A stretch of DNA of 64,000 bases from an uncultured Actinomycetes bacterium (GCA_963783865.1 CAWAPD010000006.1:103199-167198); one strand, 5' to 3'. Shown: positions 49,186-58,873, counted from the stretch's first letter. Notes: generated from the sequence alone by a model not told the origin. Numbers and translations are program-made.

Positions 49186-50342
49186 GGCGGGAGCAGGGCT
49201 TCGTCTTGCCCGCCGTCCTGGTCGTCTCGGCGCTCGTGCTCACCGCCGCGGCCGGATGTCTCGCGCTCGCCTTGTCGGGCGCCACCATCTCACGCGCCGA
49301 CACGCAAGGTGCCGCCGCAAGGGCGGCGGCGCGCGCGGGGACGGCCGACCTGCTCGAGGCCATGAGATGGGGCTGGGTGGGGATCCCCGGTGCCGGCGAG
49401 ACGGTCGAGTGGTCCGAGAGCGTCGACGACGGTCTCGTCGGCGCCACCCTCCGGCCGGAGCCGTCGGTCGACCCGGCGTGGTTGCCCTCAGGGTCGTACG
49501 TCGGTGCGGCGCTGTCCAGGGCGGTGAGCATCTCCGTGCGGGCCACGCGCGGTGATGCGTGTGCGACGAGCTCGTCGATCGTCGTCGACACCGGCGACGG
49601 GCTCCCCCGCGGTCTGGTCGTCGCCGGCGACGTCGACCTCCAGTCGCCGCTGCAGCTGACCGGCTGCGGGCTCGAGGCGGGCGGCGACGTGAGGGGCCGG
49701 GAATGGGTCACGCTCACGTCGCCGCCCGCCTCGCTCTCCTGCCTCCCCGACCTGGCCTACGGTGGCCTGCAGGCGACGGCCGCGGTGCATGCGGCCGGCT
49801 CCATCTTCGTCGCCGGTCACGAGGAGCACGACGGCGGCGCCGGCATCGAGGGCGACGGCGACCGGCACGCCGGTGTGCCGGCGCCGCCCTCCATCGTCGC
49901 CGGACCGGCGGCGGCGACGGTCGCGTCGCTCACCGCACACTCCCAGCAGACGCCGTCCCCCGTGGCGCTCGAGGCGATCTCTCCCGTCGCAGCGGTCTCG
50001 CCGCCCGAAGGGGCGACCCTGCCGGGGCGCGGCCGGCTCATCACTGTGCGAGCGACGGCCGGGCCCTGTCTCGTGCACGGGGAACGACCTCCGCCACCGG
50101 CTGCCTGTCCGGTGACCGTTGTCATATTTGGCGACGCCGAGGTCGACGCGCCGGCCGAGTTCACCGGCGTGCTGGTCGTCGAGGGGCGCCTCGAGGTGCG
50201 GGCGCAGTTGAGGGTCCGCGGGTCGGTGTTCGCCACGGCGCTCGCCGTCTCGGCGCCCCTCTGCGTCGAGGCGGCGGTGGCCTCCGGGCAGGATTCCGCG
50301 CCCGGCATGTCAAACATCCGGAGTGCCCGGGTCAAGGCCTGA
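49182..50342 (+). CDS. Minor pilin, PilX-like
   Basis: QG|FVLPAVL (no E5, typical of PilX); beta-rich C-terminus. Confidence 0.68.
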   Translation: MRREQGFVLPAVLVVSALVLTAAAGCLALALSGATISRADTQGAAARAAARAGTADLLEAMRWGWVGIPGAGETVEWSESVDDGLVGATLRPEPSVDPAWLPSGSYVGAALSRAVSISVRATRGDACATSSSIVVDTGDGLPRGLVVAGDVDLQSPLQLTGCGLEAGGDVRGREWVTLTSPPASLSCLPDLAYGGLQATAAVHAAGSIFVAGHEEHDGGAGIEGDGDRHAGVPAPPSIVAGPAAATVASLTAHSQQTPSPVALEAISPVAAVSPPEGATLPGRGRLITVRATAGPCLVHGERPPPPAACPVTVVIFGDAEVDAPAEFTGVLVVEGRLEVRAQLRVRGSVFATALAVSAPLCVEAAVASGQDSAPGMSNIRSARVKA

Positions 50343-50428
50343 GCAATCTGGTAGTCCTACCACCTTTGTACCCCCTTGCGGGGCAGGGTGTGAGAAGGCG
50401 CTCGGGGGCAGCGGCCGCGACGTAGGTC

Positions 50429-50456
50429 TAAAGGGGTCCTGCAGTCGTGCCGACAA
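50429..50456 (+). promoter_or_regulatory. Sigma28/WhiG-like promoter upstream of pilM
   Basis: TAAA-N16-GCCGACAA. Confidence 0.72.
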
Positions 50457-50492
50457 CCTGCGTGGAAGAGAATCAGGCGAACGGGGAAGCCA

Positions 50493-51599
50493 ATGGCCAA
50501 GACTGCGATACGCGTAGGCCTCGATCTCGAACAGTCGTCGATCGCCGCCGTGCAGATCAAGAGCGGAAAGCAGCAGGTGCTGACCAACGCCGCCGTGCGG
50601 GTCCTTCCCGAAGGACTGGTGTTCGAGGGCGAGGTCGTCGACGCCGATTCCCTCGCCAACGAGATCAAGGCGCTGTGGAAAGAGGGAGGGTTCTCCAAGC
50701 GCGTCGACCTCGGGGTCGCGAATCAGAAGATCGTCGTGCGGACGATGGAGTTCCCGCAGATCGACGAGAAGGAGCTGAAGGCGGCCGTCGAGTTCCAGGC
50801 GCAGGAGCACATCCCGATCCCCGTCGACGAGGCCATCCTCGACTACAAGGTGCTGGCCTCGTACGCCGAGGAGGACGGCACGGTCAAGCAGAAGGTCCTG
50901 CTGGTCGCGGCCCAGCGTGAGATGGTGCGGCAGTTCGTCGCCGTCGCCAAGAAGGCCGGGCTCCTGATCAACGCGATCGACCTGCAAGCCTTCGCCATGA
51001 TCCGCGCACTGGCGCCCAAGCCGAGCTTCATCGACCAGGGAGCGCCTCCCGAGGCCACGGGTACCGAGGTCGTGGCCCTCGTCAACATGGGGTCGGGCAT
51101 CACCAACCTGGTGATCGCGGCCAACGGCGTACCCCAGTTCACGCGCGTCATCAACCTCGGCAGCGACTCGCTCGTCCAGGCGCTGGTCAACCACCGCGCC
51201 GTCCAGCCCGAAGAGGCCGATGCGCTGCGCATCCAGGTCGGCCTGCAGGGTGAGCAGCCCGACGCTCCAAGCGATCTGACCGTCGAGACCCAGGGAGAGA
51301 TCCATCAGGTCCTCGACCAGGCGTGCGAGCCGTTCTCGGACGAGCTTCGCCGGTCCATCGACTACTACCACACGCAGGAGCAGACCAGTGAGATCTCGCG
51401 CCTCGTGTTGACCGGCGAAGGCGCGCTCACCAGGAACATCGCTTACTACCTCTCGCAGGGGCTGCACCTGCCCGTCGAGATCGGGAACCCGCTGCGGGGG
51501 ATCGGCGAGAACAAGACCAAGCTCACCGAGGTCCAGCTCGAGTGGATGGCGCCAAGGCTCGCCATCGCCATCGGGCTGGCTGTGGACGACGAGGGGTAG
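50493..51599 (+). CDS. pilM: Type IV pilus assembly protein PilM
   Basis: VGLDL, actin-like fold, IPIPVDEAILDY, ELRRSIDYY, AIAIGLA. Confidence 0.92.
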   Translation: MAKTAIRVGLDLEQSSIAAVQIKSGKQQVLTNAAVRVLPEGLVFEGEVVDADSLANEIKALWKEGGFSKRVDLGVANQKIVVRTMEFPQIDEKELKAAVEFQAQEHIPIPVDEAILDYKVLASYAEEDGTVKQKVLLVAAQREMVRQFVAVAKKAGLLINAIDLQAFAMIRALAPKPSFIDQGAPPEATGTEVVALVNMGSGITNLVIAANGVPQFTRVINLGSDSLVQALVNHRAVQPEEADALRIQVGLQGEQPDAPSDLTVETQGEIHQVLDQACEPFSDELRRSIDYYHTQEQTSEISRLVLTGEGALTRNIAYYLSQGLHLPVEIGNPLRGIGENKTKLTEVQLEWMAPRLAIAIGLAVDDEG

Positions 51600-51602
51600 G
51601 CG

Positions 51603-52250
51603 ATGACTCGCATCAACCTTCTGCCCAGCGAAGAACGCGCGAAGGCGGCGCGCGAGCAAGGGATCGCGTTCGCCATCCTGGCGCTCGTCGTGATCGTCGC
51701 TCTGCTTGGCGGGCTCTATCTGCTGTCGTACAGGCAGCTCAGCCCGAAGCAGGAGAAGATCGACGAGGCCACCGCCCAGGTGGCGCAGCAGCAGGCCGTG
51801 GTCGCGTCCCTGCAACCGTATGAGACCATGCAGACGCAGAGCCAGGAGATGGCGCAGACGAGCCTGCAGATCTACAACTCGCGCGTGCTCATGTCGAGCA
51901 TCCTCGAAGAGGTGAGCCTGCTTATCCCCGACAACGTGAGCCTGAGCACCATGACGATAACGGTGCCCTCGACGATGATCGCCGGCAGTGCGATCACCGG
52001 GGGCGGCGGCTCGACGACTTCGACGACATCGTCGAGCACCGACCTCAAGCTTCAGGGGAACTGCAAGGACTTCTCCCAGGTCGCCGAGTTCATGACCAGG
52101 CTCGGGCTCATGCCTCAACTGCAGAACATCGCCCTCGCCAACGCGGCGAAGGACAAGAACTCGGGACTCGTGACGTTCGAGATCGACGCGGGCCTGCGTC
52201 CATTCACGACGCCTCCACCGCAGTCGATCAGCTCAGGAGGCGGACAATGA
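51603..52250 (+). CDS. pilN: Type IV pilus assembly protein PilN
   Basis: INLLP motif, TM, coiled coil. Confidence 0.9.
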   Translation: MTRINLLPSEERAKAAREQGIAFAILALVVIVALLGGLYLLSYRQLSPKQEKIDEATAQVAQQQAVVASLQPYETMQTQSQEMAQTSLQIYNSRVLMSSILEEVSLLIPDNVSLSTMTITVPSTMIAGSAITGGGGSTTSTTSSSTDLKLQGNCKDFSQVAEFMTRLGLMPQLQNIALANAAKDKNSGLVTFEIDAGLRPFTTPPPQSISSGGGQ

Positions 52251-52861
52251 GCCGGCTGCGCGGCCGAGAGGTCTACATCATCGTCGGCGTCGTCGGCGTC
52301 GCCGTCTGTCTCCTGTGGTACTTCTTCCTCTACACGCCGCTGCAGAGCAAGCTGCAGAGCAAGGACGACGAGTACCAGGCGGCTCAGTCCCAGCTCACGG
52401 CCCTCCAGAACCAGGCCCACCAGTACGAGGAATACAAGAAGACGGCTCCGCAGGCCGAGGCGGCACTGATCCGCATGAACAAGTTGATCACCGCCGACGG
52501 CGCGCAGCCCGGGTTCATCGTCGAGCTCCAGAAGACCGCCAAGCAGGCGGGGCTCTTCTGGGGTCTGCTGCAGCCGGCGGTCACGACGACGACCGGGGCC
52601 GGGTTCAACGTTCAGACCCTGAGCCTGGGCTTCGACGGCCGCTACTTCGACGTCGAGGACTTCCTGTACCGCCTCGAGAACTACGTCGACTACCGGAACG
52701 ACCAGTTCCTCGTGACGGGGCGCATGTTCGCGGTGACCCAGCTCGTCCTGGGTACGGGCGGTGACCCCTATCCTGCCCTTGGCGCCACCGTCACGATCAA
52801 CGGGTACCAGTGGGTCCCGCCGGGGGCGGGCACGGCTACGACGACGACGGGTGCGCCATGA
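52247..52861 (+). CDS. pilO: Type IV pilus assembly protein PilO
   Basis: TM, coiled coil, FDGRYFDVEDFLYRLE. Confidence 0.85.
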   Translation: MSRLRGREVYIIVGVVGVAVCLLWYFFLYTPLQSKLQSKDDEYQAAQSQLTALQNQAHQYEEYKKTAPQAEAALIRMNKLITADGAQPGFIVELQKTAKQAGLFWGLLQPAVTTTTGAGFNVQTLSLGFDGRYFDVEDFLYRLENYVDYRNDQFLVTGRMFAVTQLVLGTGGDPYPALGATVTINGYQWVPPGAGTATTTTGAP

Positions 52862-53802
52862 GAAACCTGAACCGCTCGACGCTGATCCTCGTGCTGGTCG
52901 CGGTGCTCGGCATGACGCTGGCCGCCATCGCGGCGGCGCGGTCAGGCGGCGGCAACGCCAGCGCGATGGGGACCTACGGACAGGCGACCTCGTCCGGACA
53001 GGTCGGCCTGGCCGACACCACGGCCTCGACGAATCCCGTCAACCCTCTGTCGGTCGATCCGGCGAAGGCGCAGCCGATCCTCGACCAGTTCCATAGCCGC
53101 GATCCGTTCATCCAGGTCACGGCCGCGCCGACGAGCAGCGGAGGCACGGGCGGCGGCACCTCGCCGGCGCCGAGCCCCTCGCCGTCGGCGAGTTCGGTCC
53201 CGACCGGCGCTACGGTCACGATCAAGAATCATGGCACCTTCGCGAACCAGCCCGTCGGCAAGGTGCTGCTGGGCAAGTACCAGATCTCCGACATCACCGC
53301 GAGCTCCGTGAAGTTCACCCTGATCGGGGGCTGGACGCTGGCCGACGAGACCGGCCAGAGCAACGGCGGGACCACGTTCACCGTGCAGACGAACGCGGTG
53401 TCGAAAGTCACGACGGTGAACAGCTCCGGCTCGCACGTGGTCAGTGACTACATGAGCGTCACCATCGTCTTCACCAGCTCCGGTGGAGGCGGCGGCTCGG
53501 GCGGCGGCGGCTCAGGCGGTGGCTCGGGTGGCTCGGGAGGCAGCGGCGGCTCGAGCGGTTCCACCGTGACGCAGTCGGGCCATTCGATCAAGGTCCTGAG
53601 CATCGACACCCAGAACGGCAAGGCCAGCTGCACGATGGTCGTCGACAGCGTCACCTACGCGAACAAACATGTCGGTGACGTGTTCTCCACGGGCTGGGGT
53701 CAGATCAAGGTCCTCGGCATCAACGTGGGCGCGCAGACGGTCACCATCCTCCACGCCGACGCGCAGGCCACGCTCCACGTCGGACAGTCGGTCGGCAAGT
53801 AG
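52858..53802 (+). CDS. Exported Thr/Ser/Gly-rich protein in the PilP position
   Basis: N-terminal TM/signal, RDPF motif, two beta-rich domains joined by a (GGS)n linker. Confidence 0.7.
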   Translation: MRNLNRSTLILVLVAVLGMTLAAIAAARSGGGNASAMGTYGQATSSGQVGLADTTASTNPVNPLSVDPAKAQPILDQFHSRDPFIQVTAAPTSSGGTGGGTSPAPSPSPSASSVPTGATVTIKNHGTFANQPVGKVLLGKYQISDITASSVKFTLIGGWTLADETGQSNGGTTFTVQTNAVSKVTTVNSSGSHVVSDYMSVTIVFTSSGGGGGSGGGGSGGGSGGSGGSGGSSGSTVTQSGHSIKVLSIDTQNGKASCTMVVDSVTYANKHVGDVFSTGWGQIKVLGINVGAQTVTILHADAQATLHVGQSVGK

Positions 53803-53812
53803 ACCACGTACC

Positions 53813-53849
53813 AAGGGGGCGGGCTGCTTTTGCAGCCCGCCCCCTTTTT
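53813..53849 (+). terminator. Intrinsic terminator closing the pil locus
   Basis: AAGGGGGCGGGCTGC-TTTT-GCAGCCCGCCCCCTT-TTT. Confidence 0.88.
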
Positions 53850-53912
53850 CATGCTCCCCCGCCCGTCGCCTGAGCTTTGCCTTGCCCGAAGAGGCTCGTA
53901 TATCGTAGGGGC

Positions 53913-55073
53913 ATGGCAAGTCTGCGTTTCCTGACGGCCGGGGAGTCCCACGGCAAGCAGCTGACCGCCATCCTCGACGGTTGTCCTGCCGGTTTGCGAG
54001 TGGCGGCCGACGACATCGACCGCGACCTGGCTCGGCGGCAGCTCGGCTTCGGGCGTGGCGCGCGCCAGCAGATCGAGCACGACAGGGTCGAGATCGTCGG
54101 CGGCGTGCGGTACGGGCGCACCACGGGCGCGCCGGTCGCGCTGGTCCTCGCCAACCGTGACGCCGCCGCGTGGGGCGACAAGATCGCGGTCGGCGCGGTG
54201 GAAGATCCTGCCGAGCCTCTGAGGGTACCGCGGCCGGGGCACGCCGACCTGGGTGGGCATCTCCTGTACGGGCTGGACGACCTGCGCGACGTCATCGAGC
54301 GGGCAAGCGCGCGCGAGACCGCCGCGCGGGTCGCCTGCGGAGCGGTGGCCCGCCGGCTGCTGAGCGAGGTGGGCTGCACCGTGCACAGCCACGTGGTCGC
54401 GGTCGGCGGCGTGCGCTCGCAGGCCCGGCCGGCGTCGGCCGACGCGTTCGCCGAAGTCGACGCCGACCCCTTGCGGTGTCTCGATCCGGAGGCGTCCGGG
54501 GCGATGAAGGACGCCATCGCCGCCGCCGGGCAGGACGGCGACACGCTCGGAGGGGTGTTCGAGGTCGTTGCCTTCGGCTTCCCGGCCGGCGCCGGCACGT
54601 ACGCTCAACCCGATCGCAGGCTCTGGTCGGCGCTGGCCGGCTCGCTGGCCAGCATCCCCGCCATCAAGGGCGTGGAGATCGGTCTCGGGTTCGCCGGCGC
54701 GGAGCGTCGCGGCTCGGAGGTCCACGATGAGATCGAATGGCGGGACGGTGAGGGTTATCGGCGACCGACCAATCGGGCCGGTGGTGTCGAAGGCGGCATC
54801 TCGACCGGCGAACCGGTCGTCGTGCGCGCCGCCATGAAACCGATCGCGACGCTGATGCAGCCGCTGCGCAGCGTCGACCTGCGGACCCACGAGGCGGTCG
54901 AGGCACACATCGAACGCAGCGACGTCTGTGCCGTGCCGGCGGCCGCGGTCGTCGCCGAGGCCGTCGTCGCCCTGGCGCTCGCCGATGCCGCGCTGGCGCG
55001 GTTCGGCGGCGCCGATGTGGCGACGTTCGTCGCCGCCGTCGCCGCCGCGCGCGAGCGCCAGCGCATGTCGTGA
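53913..55073 (+). CDS. aroC: Chorismate synthase
   Basis: LTAGESHG, PRPGHAD, ERASARETA, NRAGGVEGG, ERSDVCAVP. Confidence 0.96.
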   Translation: MASLRFLTAGESHGKQLTAILDGCPAGLRVAADDIDRDLARRQLGFGRGARQQIEHDRVEIVGGVRYGRTTGAPVALVLANRDAAAWGDKIAVGAVEDPAEPLRVPRPGHADLGGHLLYGLDDLRDVIERASARETAARVACGAVARRLLSEVGCTVHSHVVAVGGVRSQARPASADAFAEVDADPLRCLDPEASGAMKDAIAAAGQDGDTLGGVFEVVAFGFPAGAGTYAQPDRRLWSALAGSLASIPAIKGVEIGLGFAGAERRGSEVHDEIEWRDGEGYRRPTNRAGGVEGGISTGEPVVVRAAMKPIATLMQPLRSVDLRTHEAVEAHIERSDVCAVPAAAVVAEAVVALALADAALARFGGADVATFVAAVAAARERQRMS

Positions 55074-55576
55074 GCGGGAGCGTCGCGCTCGTGGGGTTCA
55101 TGGGCGCCGGCAAGACCCGTGTGGGGACAGCTGTGGCGCGCCGCCTGGGCCTGCCGTTCGTGGACACCGACGAGCTCATCGTGCGCGCTCACGGAGCGGT
55201 GGCCGGGATCTTCGCCGAGCGCGGCGAGGCCGGCTTCCGCGAGATCGAGCGCGAGGTCGTGGCGTTCGAGCTCGACGAGGCGGCACGCAGCGACCGTGTG
55301 GTGTCGCTGGGCGGGGGCGCGGTGACGAGCGACGACGTGCGGGAGGCGCTGAGGCGCCTCCCGCACGTCGTCTGGCTCGACGCGCCCCCGCACATCCTGT
55401 TCCTGCGCTCGCAGTCGGGTACGCGCCCTCTGGCCACCGACGAAGCCGCGTTCCAGGCGCTCTATCGCGAGCGAGCCCCTCTCTACCAGGAGGTGGCCAC
55501 CCACGTGGTGCGCACCGGCGGCAGGACGCGGCTGAAGGCCGCGGTCGAGCAGGTCGTCGAGGCGGTGATCGAGTGA
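55070..55576 (+). CDS. aroK: Shikimate kinase
   Basis: GFMGAGKT, DTD, GEAGFREIE, LGGG, RPL. Confidence 0.93.
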   Translation: MSGSVALVGFMGAGKTRVGTAVARRLGLPFVDTDELIVRAHGAVAGIFAERGEAGFREIEREVVAFELDEAARSDRVVSLGGGAVTSDDVREALRRLPHVVWLDAPPHILFLRSQSGTRPLATDEAAFQALYRERAPLYQEVATHVVRTGGRTRLKAAVEQVVEAVIE

Positions 55577-56658
55577 GCGCCGCCGAGCCGATCCGCGTGG
55601 CCGTCGAGACCAGGCAGCGTGACTACGACGTGCTCGTCGGGCGAGGTCTGCTCGGCCGGCTCGGCGAACTCGTCGAGACGGCGGGGCCGCACGTGGTGGT
55701 CGCCACCGACACCAACGTGGCTCGGCACCATCTCGACCCCTTGGTCGCGGCCCTGACGGCCCGGGGCTCGACGGTGACGCCGGTCGTGGTGCCCGCCGGC
55801 GAGCGCGAGAAGAACCCCGGCCGCCTTGCCGAGCTCTACGAGCGCCTGTACGCGCTCGGCGTGGGCAGAGACGACCTGGTGGTGGCGCTGGGCGGCGGCG
55901 TGGTCGGCGATCTCGCCGGCTACGCCGCCGCCACCTACCTGCGGGGGCTGCGCCTGGTCCAGGCGCCGACGACGCTGCTGGCCATGGTCGACGCGTCGGT
56001 CGGCGGCAAGGTGGCGGTGGACTTCCGCGAGGGCAAGAACCACCTCGGCACCTTCTATCAGCCGTGGCTGGTCGTGGCCGACCTCGACACGCTGCGCACG
56101 CTGCCGGCCGCCGAGCTGCCGAACGGCTGGGCGGAGGCCGTGAAGCACGGGTTCCTGGCGGGCGGCGAGCTCCTGGCGCTCACCGCGTCCACGCTCGAGC
56201 GCGGCGAGCCCACACCCGGCCTGGTGGCCGGCTCGGTACGGTTCAAGGCGGCGGTCGTCGGCGGCGACGAGCGCGAGGAGACGGGCAGGCGCGCCTGGCT
56301 CAACCTGGGCCACACCCTGGGCCACGCCATCGAGGCGGCGGGCGGCTTCGACGCCTACCCGCACGGCGCGGCCGTCGGGCTCGGCCTGCGGGCCGCGCTG
56401 TGGCTGTCGCAGCGCCTGACCGGCCTCGACCCGGCCGACGTCACGCGCGGCCAGGAGCTGCTCACGCGGGCGCGGGCGCCGGAGCGGCTCGAGCACGTCC
56501 CGGTCGATGAGGTCCTGCGCCTCGTGGCCCGGGACAAGAAGGCGGTGGGCGGGCAGGCCCGGTTCGTCCTGCTGCGGGCGTTCGGCGACCCCGTCGGTTC
56601 GGTGGCGGTTCCTGTGGAGACCCAGAGGGAGGTCCTGGCGTGGCTGACGACGCGGTGA
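55573..56658 (+). CDS. aroB: 3-dehydroquinate synthase
   Basis: LGGGVVGDLAG, PTTLLAMVDASVGGK, LNLGHTLGHAIE, HGAAV. Confidence 0.95.
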   Translation: MSAAEPIRVAVETRQRDYDVLVGRGLLGRLGELVETAGPHVVVATDTNVARHHLDPLVAALTARGSTVTPVVVPAGEREKNPGRLAELYERLYALGVGRDDLVVALGGGVVGDLAGYAAATYLRGLRLVQAPTTLLAMVDASVGGKVAVDFREGKNHLGTFYQPWLVVADLDTLRTLPAAELPNGWAEAVKHGFLAGGELLALTASTLERGEPTPGLVAGSVRFKAAVVGGDEREETGRRAWLNLGHTLGHAIEAAGGFDAYPHGAAVGLGLRAALWLSQRLTGLDPADVTRGQELLTRARAPERLEHVPVDEVLRLVARDKKAVGGQARFVLLRAFGDPVGSVAVPVETQREVLAWLTTR

Positions 56659-57104
56659 AGGTGCTGTGGCTGCTGCACGGCGTGAACCTCGACATGCTCG
56701 GCCGCCGCGACCCCGAGCACTATGGGACCTTGACCCTGGCCGAGCTGTGCCGGGCGGTCACCGCCCATGCCCGCGAACGGGACGCCGACGTGCGCTGCTT
56801 CCAGACCAACCACGAGGGGCGCATGGTCGAGCAGCTGCACGCGCTCGCCCGCGGCGACGAGCTCGCCGACGGGGTCGTCTTCAACCCCGGCGCCTGGACC
56901 CACTACAGCTGGGCGATCCACGACGCGCTGGAGCTTCTGGCCGTGCCGGTGGCCGAGGTCCATCTGTCGGACGTGGGCCGGCGCGAGCCGTGGCGGCAGC
57001 AGTCGGTGCTCGCCGACCTGGCGGCCGTGACGGTGTCCGGCAAGGGGCTGGACGGGTATCTCGAGGCCGTGGACGCGCTGTTGGAGATGATCCGTGGCGA
57101 GTGA
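56655..57104 (+). CDS. aroQ: Type II 3-dehydroquinate dehydratase
   Basis: HGVNLDMLGRRDPEHYG, QTNHEG, NPGAWTHYS, EVHLS. Confidence 0.93.
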   Translation: MKVLWLLHGVNLDMLGRRDPEHYGTLTLAELCRAVTAHARERDADVRCFQTNHEGRMVEQLHALARGDELADGVVFNPGAWTHYSWAIHDALELLAVPVAEVHLSDVGRREPWRQQSVLADLAAVTVSGKGLDGYLEAVDALLEMIRGE

Positions 57105-58200
57105 GGCCGCCCCCCGGGAGGGGCCGGCGCGCATCGCCCGCCTGCAGGCGCTGCTGCCCGCGTGGCGGGTGGACGCGGTGCTGGTGAGCGGCGAGGCCGA
57201 CGTGCGGTATCTCTCGGGCTTCCGGGGCGACGACACCGTGCTGCTCATCGGTCGCGAGTGGGCCGCCATCGTCACCGATTCTCGCTACTGGGAGCAGGTG
57301 CGCCGGGAGACGGCCGGCGTCGAGCTGGTCGAGGCGCGCGGACCGTCGCTGATCGGCGACGTGACCGCGGCGCTCGTGGACTCGGCGGGCGCGGACTGCG
57401 CCCTCGGGTGCCAGGGCGGTCACCTGACGCACGCCGGCTACCGGACCCTGCGCCGCCTGCATCGCGGCCCCCTGCGCGACGTGGGCGAGCGCGTGAGCCG
57501 CCTGAGGATGGTCAAGTCGGCGGCCGAGATCGAGGCCGTCCGGACCGCGGCCGCGATCGTCGACCAGTCGCTCGCCGTCGTGCTGGCCGAGGGTCTCGTC
57601 GGGCGCCGTGAGAGCGAGGTGGCCTGGCGGCTCAAGGAGGAGTACCACGCGCGGGGCGCGGAGGGCGAGTCGTTCCCGGCGATCGTGGCGGCAGGGCCCC
57701 GCGGGGCCCTGCCGCACGCGATCGCCGGGAACGACAGGATCCGCGCCGGCCAGCTGGTCGTGATCGACACGGGGGCGCGCGTGGACGGCTATTGCAGCGA
57801 CATGACGCGGACGGTGGCCGCCGGCCGCGTGTCGGCGCAGCAACGCAAGGTGTACGACGTGGTGCTCGCCGCCCAGCTCGCCGGCCTGGCGGCCGTGCGC
57901 GACGGCGCGCGCGGCCGCGAGGACGTGGACGCGGCCGCGCGCGCCGTCGTCGCGGCCGCCGGCCACGGCGACCGCTTCGGCCACGGCACCGGCCACGGTG
58001 TGGGCCTGGAGATCCACGAGGCGCCGGCCCTCGGCCGCCTGCGCGGGGATCGGCTGGCGACGGGCATGCTGTGCACGGTCGAGCCCGGCATCTACCTGGA
58101 GGGCAGGTTCGGGGTGCGCATCGAGGACACCGTGGCGGTCACCGCCGATGCGGGGTTGCCCCTGACCTCGTTCCCGAAGGAGCTCGTCGTCACCGGCTAG
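57094..58200 (+). CDS. Xaa-Pro peptidase (M24)
   Basis: YLSGF, DTGA..GYCSDMTRT, HGTGHGVGLEIHE, TVEPGIY, GVRIED. Confidence 0.93.
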   Translation: MASEAAPREGPARIARLQALLPAWRVDAVLVSGEADVRYLSGFRGDDTVLLIGREWAAIVTDSRYWEQVRRETAGVELVEARGPSLIGDVTAALVDSAGADCALGCQGGHLTHAGYRTLRRLHRGPLRDVGERVSRLRMVKSAAEIEAVRTAAAIVDQSLAVVLAEGLVGRRESEVAWRLKEEYHARGAEGESFPAIVAAGPRGALPHAIAGNDRIRAGQLVVIDTGARVDGYCSDMTRTVAAGRVSAQQRKVYDVVLAAQLAGLAAVRDGARGREDVDAAARAVVAAAGHGDRFGHGTGHGVGLEIHEAPALGRLRGDRLATGMLCTVEPGIYLEGRFGVRIEDTVAVTADAGLPLTSFPKELVVTG

Positions 58201-58305
58201 GACGTTCAACGCCTCCAGGCCTTTCGTGTATCATGGGGAGCCACCGCGCCGGGGAGCGCAGCCAGCCGGGCGCCTCATCCTCAGTCCCGACCCGCAGAGA
58301 GTGAC

Positions 58306-58872
58306 ATGGCCGACGTAGTGTCCACCGCCCAGTTCAAGAACGGCATGGCGATCGAGATCGACGGCGAGAACTTCACGATCGTGGAGTTCCAGCACGTCAA
58401 ACCAGGCAAGGGCGGCGCTTTCGTGCGCACGCGGGTGCGCAACATCGCCACCGGAGCGGTGCTCGACAAGACGTTCCGCTCGGGCGAGAAGTTCAACCGC
58501 GTGCACACACAGTCCCGCGCGATGACCTACCTCTACTCGACCGACGACGAGGTCGTCCTCATGGACCCCGGCAGCTACGAGCAGCTCTCGGTGCGCCCGG
58601 AGATGGCGCGCGAGGCGCTCGAGTGGGTGGTCGAGAACCAGGAGGTCCAGCTGCTGGCGCTCAACGGCGAGCCGGCGGCCGTCGAGGCACCCAACCACGT
58701 CGAGTTGACGATCACCCACACCGAGCCCGGCCTGCGCGGCGACACGGCCCAGGGCGGCACCAAGCCGGCGACGCTCGAAACGGGGGTCACGATCCAGGTG
58801 CCGCTGTTCATCGAGGAGGGCGAGCGCGTGCGCGTCGACACCCGCACGGCCGCCTACATCACCCGGGTCTAG
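58306..58872 (+). CDS. efp: Elongation factor P
   Basis: HVKPGKGGAFVR, PGLRGDT, KPATLETG, VPLFI. Confidence 0.96.
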   Translation: MADVVSTAQFKNGMAIEIDGENFTIVEFQHVKPGKGGAFVRTRVRNIATGAVLDKTFRSGEKFNRVHTQSRAMTYLYSTDDEVVLMDPGSYEQLSVRPEMAREALEWVVENQEVQLLALNGEPAAVEAPNHVELTITHTEPGLRGDTAQGGTKPATLETGVTIQVPLFIEEGERVRVDTRTAAYITRV

Positions 58873-58873
58873 C

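Noticed and set aside
53475-53560. GGC/TCG-rich repeat tract
   Set aside because: Encodes a Gly/Ser linker with varied codons; not a DNA-level repeat element.
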